A program made the position numbers and the translations under genes. A stretch of 64,000 bases of DNA from an uncultured Planctomycetota bacterium (GTDB lineage Bacteria; Planctomycetota; PLA2; JAEUHO01). The first letter of the stretch is position 1. The number at the start of each line of letters is the position of its first letter. A model generated the notes under the pieces. That model was not told where the DNA came from and made no database searches. It saw nothing but the letters and a program-made list of their open reading frames with translations. The DNA lies in the NCBI GenBank assembly GCA_963752285.1, contig CAVVXN010000001.1, positions 672,001-736,000 on the forward strand, written 5' to 3'. This document shows, one piece after another, positions 1 to 7,849 of the stretch.

Positions 1-437
1 TCCGTGTCGAGGTCGTAGACGCCCACCACCACGGGTACGGCGGGCGGCGCCTCTCCCTCCGGCTTCTCCCCCTCCGGCTCGGCGTCGGGAGATCCCTCCG
101 CCGGCTTCGGCTCCGACGAGGGCGCCTCGGGCTCGGTCGGCTTCTCCTCGGCCGGCGTTCGCGCCGGTCGCCGGGGCCGCGGCCGGTCCGCGTCCGGGTC
201 CTGGCGCTCTTCCTCGTCCATCGCCGCCTCGAGGTCGCGCACGCGCTTCTCGAGCTCGTGGAAGCGCGTCTCGAGCGCCCCCGCCTCGGCCGCGAGCGCC
301 TTCGCGCGTTCCTCGAGGGGCGCCGCCTCGCCGGCCCGGGCCGCCGCGGCACCGGCGACCAGGGGGAGGCCCACGACGAGGGGGGCGAGGAGGAGCCCGA
401 GGAGGAGCCTGCCGACCGGTCGCGGGGCGGATCTCAC
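1..437 (-). CDS. Hypothetical exported/membrane protein, partial (runs off window start)
   Basis: Read manually: GTG at 437 opens VRSAPRPVGRLLLGLLLAPLVVGLPLVAGAAAARAGE..., a signal-peptide-like N-terminus, then a coiled-coil-like and a Pro/Glu-rich stretch, open to position 1. TACCAT -10-like hexamer lies 6 nt upstream. Confidence 0.7.
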   Translation of the reverse strand, partial: MRSAPRPVGRLLLGLLLAPLVVGLPLVAGAAAARAGEAAPLEERAKALAAEAGALETRFHELEKRVRDLEAAMDEEERQDPDADRPRPRRPARTPAEEKPTEPEAPSSEPKPAEGSPDAEPEGEKPEGEAPPAVPVVVGVYDLDT

Positions 438-573
438 GGCGGCATGGTAGCCGGGCGGAGGCATCCGTCGCACGGGGCCCCGGCGGTCCGTACCCTCGTC
501 GCGACTCGGGGTCGTGGGCGGCGCGCCGTGCTCGGACGGCCAGGGCGCCACGCCGAGGGAAGGGCGGCGCGGG

Positions 574-1515
574 ATGCGCATCGCGGTCACGGGGGGCACC
601 GGGTTCGTCGGGCGGCGGCTGCTCGACGCGCTCGAGCGCGCGGGCCACACGCCCGTCGTCCTGACGCGGAGCGCCGAGAAGGCGCGCGGGCTCTTCGCCG
701 ACCGCTACGAGATCCGGGGGGTGGACCCCGCGGACGCGGCGGACCTCGCGACCGCGATCCGGGGCGCCGAGGCGATCGTGAACCTGGCGGGCGAGAACCT
801 GTTCGCCCACCGGTGGACCCGGAAGACGAAGCAGCGCATCCGCGCGAGCCGGGTCGAGACCACCCGCGCGCTCGTGAGCGCGATCCGGCTGCTCGACCTC
901 CCGGACCGCCCGGAGGCGCTGATCTCCGCGTCGGCGATCGGGGTGTACGGCGACCGCGACCCGGACGTGCCCGTGGACGAGCGCACGTTCGACGCGTCCC
1001 GTCTCACGCCCGGCGGATTCCTCGCCGACGTCTGCCAGGCGTGGGAGCGGGAGGCGCTCGACGCCGAGCGCCTCGGCGTCCGCGTCGTCGTGCTCCGCAT
1101 CGGGGTCGTCCTGGGTCCCGGCGGCGCGCTCGAGGCGCTCGAGACGCCGTTCAAGCTCTTCCTCGGGGGCGCGGTGGGGAGCGGCCGCCAGGCCGTGTCG
1201 TGGGTGCACATCACGGACCTCGTGGCGATCGTCCGCTTCGTGATCGAGCACCACGAGATCCGCGGCCCGGTGAACGCGGTGGCTCCCGGCGCGGTGTCGA
1301 ACCGCGAGCTCACGCGCGCGCTCGGCCGCGCGCTCGGCCGGCCGGCGTGGGCGCCCGTGCCCGTGCCCGCACTCCGGCTGCTCCTCGGCGAGGTGGCCGA
1401 GTCGCTCTCGACGGGCCAGAACGTGCGGCCCACGCGGCTCCTCGAGGCCGGCTTCGCGTACCGCTACCCGACGATCGACGAGGCGATGAAGGGCGTGTAC
1501 GGCGCCGCGCGCTGA
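574..1515 (+). CDS. TIGR01777/YfcH-like NAD-dependent epimerase family (SDR) protein
   Basis: MRIAVTGGTGFVG Rossmann motif, NLAGENL..RWT...SRV, SASAIGVYG, FLADVCQAWE, SWVHITD, GPVNAVAP. Confidence 0.92.
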   Translation: MRIAVTGGTGFVGRRLLDALERAGHTPVVLTRSAEKARGLFADRYEIRGVDPADAADLATAIRGAEAIVNLAGENLFAHRWTRKTKQRIRASRVETTRALVSAIRLLDLPDRPEALISASAIGVYGDRDPDVPVDERTFDASRLTPGGFLADVCQAWEREALDAERLGVRVVVLRIGVVLGPGGALEALETPFKLFLGGAVGSGRQAVSWVHITDLVAIVRFVIEHHEIRGPVNAVAPGAVSNRELTRALGRALGRPAWAPVPVPALRLLLGEVAESLSTGQNVRPTRLLEAGFAYRYPTIDEAMKGVYGAAR

Positions 1516-1611
1516 GGGGGGGCCCGGAGGGCGCCCTCCCTCGGCGCGCGGCGTGGCGCTTTGGCGCCGCCCCCGGTTCGTCCCGGGGGCGGGCTCGGCG
1601 CGGCGGGGATC

Positions 1612-2427
1612 CTACTTGTCGCCGTCGCTGTCGCTGTCGCCGTCCCCCTCGTCGTCCGCGCCCTCCTTGTGCTTCTCCTGCGCGGCCTTCTCCGACGCGG
1701 CCGTCACGGCGAAGGGCTTCCACGAGAGTCCCTCGCCCGAGAAGGTCACCGTCTGCTTGCGCTTCTCGGCCTTGACGAGGTCCTTGAACCCGAGCTTCCA
1801 CTCGACCGTGCGGCTGTCGGTCTTCGACCCGTTCGTCTCGACGATGTCCGTCGGGAGCGTGAGGGTCGTGGCGAGCTCGAGGTCGCCCAGGAAGGGCTCG
1901 AACATCTGCATCATGAACTGCATCTGCTGCTCGTCCTCGGCGCTCGATCCGCCCATGCCCTCGTGCTCGTTCACGTAGCCCTGCATGAAGCGGTAGTTGC
2001 CGTCGTCGAGCTTCTCGAGCTTCACGTCCATGCCCTGGACGAGGCCCGACTCGAAGAGGTCCTTCAGCGAGTCGAACTCGACCTCGATCGTGTTCGACAT
2101 GGTGGCCTCGTCCTTCTTGGAGGAGACGGAGACCACCCGGACGTGCTCGTTGCCCTCGAGGAGCTTCTTGACCTTCTCCGGCGAGGTGTCGTCGAGGGGG
2201 TTCTTCTCGTCCTCGGAGCCCTCGGCGCCGCCGCCCATCATCGCGCCCATCTGCTCCTTGAGCTGCTTCAGCTTGGCGAGGTCGAGGCGGATGTCGATCT
2301 TGACCGTGCCCTTGCCACTCGCGTCGATCTTGGCCGTCGTCTTCTGCTTGATGCAGCCGGGGAGAAGAGCGAGCGCGAGCGCGAGCACCGACAAACCGAC
2401 CGAACGGCGGATCGTGGCAGTCGTCAT
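1612..2427 (-). CDS. Lipoprotein, LppM-like fold (tentative)
   Basis: Lipobox LPGC after hydrophobic stretch; IDASGKG and LTLPTDIVETNG..SRTVEW motifs; acidic tail. Confidence 0.75.
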   Translation of the reverse strand: MTTATIRRSVGLSVLALALALLPGCIKQKTTAKIDASGKGTVKIDIRLDLAKLKQLKEQMGAMMGGGAEGSEDEKNPLDDTSPEKVKKLLEGNEHVRVVSVSSKKDEATMSNTIEVEFDSLKDLFESGLVQGMDVKLEKLDDGNYRFMQGYVNEHEGMGGSSAEDEQQMQFMMQMFEPFLGDLELATTLTLPTDIVETNGSKTDSRTVEWKLGFKDLVKAEKRKQTVTFSGEGLSWKPFAVTAASEKAAQEKHKEGADDEGDGDSDSDGDK

Positions 2428-2495
2428 GGGGGACTCCGGGGGAAAGGGAGGCGACAGAGGCTACCGCACTTCCGGTCGGGCGCCTCCGGCGCCGC

Positions 2496-3350
2496 CTAAC
2501 GCCGGCCGCGCGCCCGCTCCAGGACGGTCTTCTGCTCGGCCTCGGAGAGCACGCCCACGGCGGCCGCCGCGGCGGCCAGGTCGCGGGCCTCGTCGAGACT
2601 CGGGTCGAAAGCCCCGGGTTGGTCCCGGAGCGCCTCCCACTTGGCCCGGAGCTCCTCGCGCGTCAACAGCCCCATGCGGAAGAGCTCCTCGGCCAGGTGC
2701 AGCCGGACCCGGTACCGGGCGGGCAGGCCGAGGCGCGGAAAGATCGACGGCTGGACCCGCGCCGGCCGGAGCTTCAGCGCGTACCACCCCGTCGCGAAGG
2801 ACCGCGCCGGCGCCTCCTCGAGGGGCACCTTCGCCTCGACGAGCGCGAACCCCGCGCGGTACAGCTCGGCGATGATCCGGTCCGCCCCGCCGCTCGGGTC
2901 GCGGATCACGACCCGGCCGTCCGGCTTCAGGGCCTCGTGGATCCCGGCGAGGAAGCCGGCGAGGGCGCGGCGCTCGACCCAGTCGATCACGTCGTTCATG
3001 AAGATCGCGTCGAGTCGCCCCGCGGGGAGCCGGGGGTCGTCGGGGACCGAGTGGACGACCTCGACGTTCTCCACCTGCTCGGCCTCGACCCGGTGACGGA
3101 CGGTCGCGATCGCCTCCGGGTCGATGTCCACGGCGTAGACCTTCCCCGTGGGCCCGACGGCCCGCGCGAGGGGGAACGTCCACGTCCCGTTTCCGCACCC
3201 GACGTCGGCGATCGTCTCGCCGCGGCGCGCCGCGAGGAGCCCGAGGACCGGCTTCGTGTCGGGGTCGGGCTCATCGCCGTGGGCGACCACGGCGAGCGCG
3301 AGCGCGAGCGCCCCGAGGAGGTAGAGCGGGGCGAGGCGGAGTCGGCGCAT
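2496..3350 (-). CDS. Class I SAM-dependent methyltransferase with N-terminal signal peptide
   Basis: MRRLRLAPLYLLGALALALAVVAHG leader; IADVGCGNG motif I; VYAVDID; LKPDGRVVI; GGAGG RBS upstream. Confidence 0.85.
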   Translation of the reverse strand: MRRLRLAPLYLLGALALALAVVAHGDEPDPDTKPVLGLLAARRGETIADVGCGNGTWTFPLARAVGPTGKVYAVDIDPEAIATVRHRVEAEQVENVEVVHSVPDDPRLPAGRLDAIFMNDVIDWVERRALAGFLAGIHEALKPDGRVVIRDPSGGADRIIAELYRAGFALVEAKVPLEEAPARSFATGWYALKLRPARVQPSIFPRLGLPARYRVRLHLAEELFRMGLLTREELRAKWEALRDQPGAFDPSLDEARDLAAAAAAVGVLSEAEQKTVLERARGRR

Positions 3351-3406
3351 CGGACGTCCTCCCGATCCCCCGAGGCTACCCAGAACCCCCGGTCCATGAT
3401 GGCGGC

Positions 3407-3541
3407 GTGGCCGAGAGGGACGAGCCCCCGCCCGACGACCCGACGCGCCCCTCCTTCGGATGGGACCTCCTCGGCCGGGCCCTCTTCGTGCTGGTCCTCG
3501 CGGGCCTCGCCCTCCTCGCGGCGTGGGCCGTCGGCCGCTGA
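3407..3541 (+). CDS. Small single-pass membrane protein (44 aa)
   Basis: VAERDEPPPDDPTRPSFGWDLLGRALFVLVLAGLALLAAWAVGR*; GC3-biased codons; fills an intergenic gap; CATGAT 6 nt upstream of the GTG. Confidence 0.6.
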   Translation: MAERDEPPPDDPTRPSFGWDLLGRALFVLVLAGLALLAAWAVGR

Positions 3542-3577
3542 GCGCGCCGGCCCTTGCGGGCGCCCGGGGGCCGGGCG

Positions 3578-4291
3578 TCAGTCCCAGCGTTCGCGGTGGA
3601 GGTTCGCCTCGGGGATCTCGCGGCGCCGCGCGAGGTCGAGCGCCAGGTCCACGAAGTCCGCGGATCCGCAGGCGTAGACGAGCGTGCGCTCGGGGTCTCG
3701 GGCGAGCGCTTGGAGGAGCGTGGCGTCGATGCGACCCCGGCGGCCCGTCCAGGGGGCGCCGTGCGGCGCGCGCGTGACGGTCGGCGCGTACGTGAACCAC
3801 GCGTGCCGGCGTTGGAGGCGTTCCATCTCGTCCCGGTAGATCAGGTGCTCCTCGACCTGCACGCTGTGCACCAGGACGACGGGGTCGGTGCGGCCGCGCT
3901 CGTCCGCCTGGCGGACGAAGGAGCGGTAGGGCGAGATCCCCGAGCCGTTCGCGAAGAGCACCACGTTCCGACCCGGCTCCGCGCGGATGCGGAATCGGCC
4001 CAGGGGACGCGACACCTCGACCGTCGCCCCCACCGGCAGCGCGTAGAGATGCGCGCCGAAGTCGCCTGCGCCGCGCACCGTCACCTCGACCTCCGGGAGC
4101 TCGGACGGGCTGCTCGAGATCGAGTACGCGCCCCCGGAGGGCGGAGGCGCCGCGGCGTCGTGGACCCACACGTGCTGCCCGGGCTCGAACCGGAGGTCCG
4201 GCGCGGCGGCGGCGTCCAACCCCAGACGGATCGAGCGGTCGATCGACGTCTCGTCGTGGACGCGGAGGATCCGGGCGGGCAGGCGGACCAC
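3578..4291 (-). CDS. FAD-binding ferredoxin-NADP reductase-like oxidoreductase (start uncertain)
   Basis: FEPGQHV, AYSISSSP, PLGRF, LFANGSGISPYRS, VYACGS, terminal HRERWD. Confidence 0.85.
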   Translation of the reverse strand: MVRLPARILRVHDETSIDRSIRLGLDAAAAPDLRFEPGQHVWVHDAAAPPPSGGAYSISSSPSELPEVEVTVRGAGDFGAHLYALPVGATVEVSRPLGRFRIRAEPGRNVVLFANGSGISPYRSFVRQADERGRTDPVVLVHSVQVEEHLIYRDEMERLQRRHAWFTYAPTVTRAPHGAPWTGRRGRIDATLLQALARDPERTLVYACGSADFVDLALDLARRREIPEANLHRERWD

Positions 4292-4455
4292 GGGGGGCTC
4301 CGGGCGCCCCGGGGGGCGTCCCCGGGGGGCGCCGCCCCTCGTACCACGTGCGGCCGGGCCCCGACCGCGGCGTCCGGGCGGCGTGGACCGCGCGCGTCGG
4401 ATCGGGCGGGAGCCCGCGGGGTCGTAGGGCCTTCGGGTATCCTCCTCGCCCGTAC

Positions 4456-4896
4456 ATGCCGAGACTCGTGATCCAGAAGGGCGAAGCCGCGGGTCAGGAC
4501 CGCATCCTCGGCGGAGAGTGCGTCCTGGGCCGACACCCGACCGTCGACTTCGTGATCGACGACACGCTCGTCTCGCGCCGCCACTGCAAGGTGCTCTCCG
4601 TCTCGGGCCACTGGGTCGTGGAGGACCTCGGCTCGACGAACGGCACGCTCGTGAACGGCCAGCGCACGCGCCGCGCAGGGCTCCGCGACGGCGACGTGAT
4701 CCAGATCGGTTCCACGCAGCTCCTCTTCGTGCAGAAGGACCTCCTCGACGCGATGGGGCACGGGAAAGCGCAGGCCGCGCCGGTGCCCCCGTCGATCCCG
4801 GAGGTCGCGGTGCCCCCGCCGGCGGTCGCCGCGCCCGCCCCTCCGACGTCCTCGCCGAAGCCCGCCGCGCCCGTGCCCCGCCGACGCCGGCGCTGA
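4456..4896 (+). CDS. FHA domain protein with Pro-rich tail
   Basis: LGRHP...VSRRHC...EDLGSTNGTLVNG...LRDGDVIQIG. Confidence 0.92.
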   Translation: MPRLVIQKGEAAGQDRILGGECVLGRHPTVDFVIDDTLVSRRHCKVLSVSGHWVVEDLGSTNGTLVNGQRTRRAGLRDGDVIQIGSTQLLFVQKDLLDAMGHGKAQAAPVPPSIPEVAVPPPAVAAPAPPTSSPKPAAPVPRRRRR

Positions 4897-4976
4897 TCGG
4901 GCCGGTCGGGGCCGCCCCGCGTACCCTCCCCCGGATCGGGTCCACCGGTCCGTGACACGCCTCGAAGGGAAGCGCC

Positions 4977-6143
4977 ATGGCGAAGTACGAAGCCCCCGAC
5001 TTCTACGGGCTCGACGCCCTCCTCTCGGAGGAGGAGCGCATGATCCGCGACACGGTGCGCGACTGGGTCTCGGAGCGCTACCTGCCGCTGGTGGAGGACG
5101 CGTACCGCGAGGGGTACTTCCCGAAGGACGTGGTTCCCGAGCTCGGCGCGATGGGGATCCTCGGCGGGAACATCGACTACGGCGACTTCCCGCGGTTCAA
5201 CAACGTCGCGTACGGGCTCATCATGCAGGAGCTCGAACGCGGCGACTCGGGCCTCCGGTCGTTCGCGAGCGTGCAGGGCGGTCTCGTCATGTACCCCATC
5301 TGGAGGTACGGCACCGACGAGCAGAAGGAGCGCTGGCTGCCCCCGCTCCACCGCGCGGAGAAGGTCGGGTGCTTCGGCCTGACCGAGCCCGACCACGGGA
5401 GCGACCCGGGCGGCATGGAGACGCGCGCGCGCCGCGAGGGCGACGGCTACGTGCTGAACGGCGCGAAGATGTGGATCACGAACAGCTCGATCGCCGACGT
5501 CGCCGTCGTGTGGGCGAAGCTCGACGGCGAGATCCGCGGCTTCCTCGTCGAGAAGGGCACGCCGGGCTTCACCGCGCCCGAGCAGCGCCGAAAGCACAGC
5601 CTGCGCGCGTCCGTCACGGGCGAGATCGTCCTCCAGGACGTGCACCTCGGCCCCGACGGGATCCTCCCGGGAGCCAAGGGCCTCGGCGGCCCGCTCTCGT
5701 GTCTGAACCAGGCGCGGTACACGATCGCGTGGGGCGCGATCGGCGCCGCGATGGCCTGCTTCGACGAGGTCCGCCAGTACGGGCTCTCGCGAAAGCAGTT
5801 CTCGCGCCCGCTCGCGTCGTTCCAGCTCTACCAGGCGAAGCTGGCGCACATGCTGACCGAGATCACGAAGGGCCAGCTCTTGAACCTCCAGCTCGGCCGC
5901 TTGAAGGACGAAGGCCGGGTGACGCCGGCGCAGATCAGCATGGCGAAGCGAAACGGCTGCGCCGAGGCGCTCGACATCGCACGCATGGCCCGCGACATGC
6001 TCGGCGCGAACGGCATCACCGACGAGTACCAGACGATGCGCCACATGTGCAATCTGGAGAGCGTGAAGACCTACGAGGGGACTCACGACATTCACTTGCT
6101 AATCCTAGGCAAAGAGATCACCGGCCTAGACGCCATCGCCTGA
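4977..6143 (+). CDS. Acyl-CoA dehydrogenase, glutaryl-CoA dehydrogenase-like
   Basis: ELERGDSGLRS, GCFGLTEPDHGSDP, NGAKMWITN, LGANGI, TYEGTHDIH. Confidence 0.93.
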   Translation: MAKYEAPDFYGLDALLSEEERMIRDTVRDWVSERYLPLVEDAYREGYFPKDVVPELGAMGILGGNIDYGDFPRFNNVAYGLIMQELERGDSGLRSFASVQGGLVMYPIWRYGTDEQKERWLPPLHRAEKVGCFGLTEPDHGSDPGGMETRARREGDGYVLNGAKMWITNSSIADVAVVWAKLDGEIRGFLVEKGTPGFTAPEQRRKHSLRASVTGEIVLQDVHLGPDGILPGAKGLGGPLSCLNQARYTIAWGAIGAAMACFDEVRQYGLSRKQFSRPLASFQLYQAKLAHMLTEITKGQLLNLQLGRLKDEGRVTPAQISMAKRNGCAEALDIARMARDMLGANGITDEYQTMRHMCNLESVKTYEGTHDIHLLILGKEITGLDAIA

Positions 6144-6244
6144 CGGGCGGAGGGCCGAGTTCGCGGGCCTTCCTCCTCCTTGCGTCCATTCGGACGCGGC
6201 GTCGTCGTCAGGCCCACTCCTTTCGGCCCTCCGCCCGTCAGGCG
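6137..6244. repeat. Perfect 22-bp inverted repeat enclosing nested hairpins (REP/MITE-like element)
   Basis: CGCCTGACGGGCGGAGGGCCGA (6137-6158) is the exact reverse complement of TCGGCCCTCCGCCCGTCAGGCG (6223-6244); inner GGGCCT/AGGCCC and GCGTCC/GGACGC stems. Confidence 0.85.
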
Positions 6245-6254
6245 CGGTACGGAC

Positions 6255-6523
6255 GGGTGGGGTGCTCGTGGCCTTCGCTTCGCTCGGCCACCTCGCTGGC
6301 GGGTGGGGTGCTCGTGGCCTTCGCTTCGCTCGGCCACCTCGCTGGCGGGTGGGGTGCTCGTGGCCTTCGCTTCGCTCGGCCACCTCGCTGGCGGGTGGGG
6401 TGCTCGTGGCCCTCGCTTCGCTCGGCCACCTCGCTGGCGGGCGGAGTGCTCGTGGCCTTTCCTTCGCTTGGCCACCTTGCTGACGGGGTGCCGTGGCCTT
6501 GCTTCGCTCGGCCGGGTCGCTGG
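6255..6523. repeat. 46-bp tandem repeat, about 6 copies, each with an internal hairpin
   Basis: Unit GGGTGGGGTGCTCGTGGCCTTCGCTTCGCTCGGCCACCTCGCTGGC at 6255, 6301, 6347 (identical), 6393 (1 change), 6439 and 6485 (degenerate); GTGGCC...GGCCAC palindrome in each. Confidence 0.95.
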
Positions 6524-6543
6524 GGGCGTGGGAGAATCGGGGG

Positions 6544-7371
6544 GTGCGTCGGTGGATCCTGTCCCTGCTCGTGGTGCTGGGCGTCGGCGGGCTGCTCGTG
6601 TGGGGGCTCTCGGGGCCGTCGGGGGGGCGTCCCGGCGGGGCGGCGCTCTCGACGGGGGGTGGGGGGGAGGCGGGCGGGGCGCCGGCGGTTCCGGCGCCGA
6701 TCTCGCCGGAGCCGGCGGGGCCCGCGCTCGCCGGGCGGCCCGTCGATCCGGCGGCGCGCGGTCCCGAGTGGCCCGTCGTCCCGAGCGACTCGATTCCGCG
6801 GGGCGGGCTCGACGTGGCGGTCCTCGAGCCCGACGGGACGCCCTTCCCCCTGGCGGGCGTGAACCTCAAGCTGGTGCGCCAGGGCGCGGACTTCTGGGCC
6901 GAGCCCATCCCCCGGCGCGACGAGGACCACAAGGTCTTCTCGTACCGAAACCTCGTGTGGGGCAAGGTGACCGTCCACGTGTGGGGAGACCACATCGTCC
7001 ACGCCACGCGCGAAGCCGACGTGCCGAACGGCGAGGTCCAGCGCGTCGAGGTGTTCGCCGATCGCGGGGGCTCGGTCCACTGGCGCGGGACGCTGCCCGA
7101 CGAGAAGGCGCCCGAGTCCGTCACCGTGACGCTGCTCGACGCGAAGACGAAGCGACCCGTGGCCGTGCACCACCAGACCCGTCTCGCCGACGCGCTCACG
7201 AACGACGTTCGCACGGCGACCGTGACGCTGCCGCCCGACGGGTGGGCGTTCGCGATCCCGCCCGGCGACTACGTCCTCCACGCGACGAGCAAGGAGGGCG
7301 ACACCGAGGACGTGCCGGTCCACGTCGCGATCGACGAGACGTCCGAGGTCGAGATCCCCTTCCGCTACTGA
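6544..7371 (+). CDS. Hypothetical N-terminally anchored protein with beta-rich (Cna-B/carboxypeptidase-regulatory-like) domains
   Basis: VRRWILSLLVVLGVGGLLVWGL TM segment, Gly/Pro linker, VAVLEPDGTP and IPPGDYVLHA motifs. Confidence 0.7.
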   Translation: MRRWILSLLVVLGVGGLLVWGLSGPSGGRPGGAALSTGGGGEAGGAPAVPAPISPEPAGPALAGRPVDPAARGPEWPVVPSDSIPRGGLDVAVLEPDGTPFPLAGVNLKLVRQGADFWAEPIPRRDEDHKVFSYRNLVWGKVTVHVWGDHIVHATREADVPNGEVQRVEVFADRGGSVHWRGTLPDEKAPESVTVTLLDAKTKRPVAVHHQTRLADALTNDVRTATVTLPPDGWAFAIPPGDYVLHATSKEGDTEDVPVHVAIDETSEVEIPFRY

Positions 7372-7423
7372 CGGCGATCGCGGCGGACGCGCCCCGCCCC
7401 GGGACGCCCGCGCGACCGGCGGC

Positions 7424-7834
7424 TCACGCGAGCGCCTTCACGAGGGCGGAGAGGAACCACTCCACCTCCTCGTCGCCGAGGCCCGTCTGCGCGCGGATCG
7501 ACACGGGCAGCGCCACGGACCGCGCGCCGCGGAACCGCTCGAGCCGCTCGCGCGCGAGGGACCCCGCCTCGGTCAGCCGCGCGAGCCGTCGCCGGCGGTC
7601 GAGGCCCGGGCGGCGCTCGACGAGACCTTCGGCGGCCGCGCGGTCCACGAAGCGCGTCGCCGTGGACGCGTCCCGCCCGATCCGGTCGGCGAGCGCGCCC
7701 ATCGGGACCTCCTCGTCCGCGCCGAGCGCGAGCAGCACCCGCGCCGTGGCGGCGCGGACCCCGGCGCGACGGGCGTCCTCCTCGAGCCCGCGGGCGAGGA
7801 GGCGTTCCAGGTCGTCGAGGAGGCGGCTCTTCAT
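7424..7834 (-). CDS. MarR family transcriptional regulator
   Basis: LADRIGRDASTATRFVDRAAAEGLVERRPGLDRRRRLARLTEAG winged-helix pattern. Confidence 0.88.
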   Translation of the reverse strand: MKSRLLDDLERLLARGLEEDARRAGVRAATARVLLALGADEEVPMGALADRIGRDASTATRFVDRAAAEGLVERRPGLDRRRRLARLTEAGSLARERLERFRGARSVALPVSIRAQTGLGDEEVEWFLSALVKALA

Positions 7835-7836
7835 GC

Positions 7837-7849
7837 TTGCATCATGCAA
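7837..7849. promoter_or_regulatory. Palindromic operator TTGCAT-C-ATGCAA overlapping the putative -10 of marR
   Basis: Perfect 6-1-6 AT-rich inverted repeat ending 2 nt upstream of the marR ATG. Confidence 0.6.

Noticed and set aside
6255..6523. CRISPR array
   Set aside because: Units are directly adjacent with no unique spacers, and there are no cas genes in the window.
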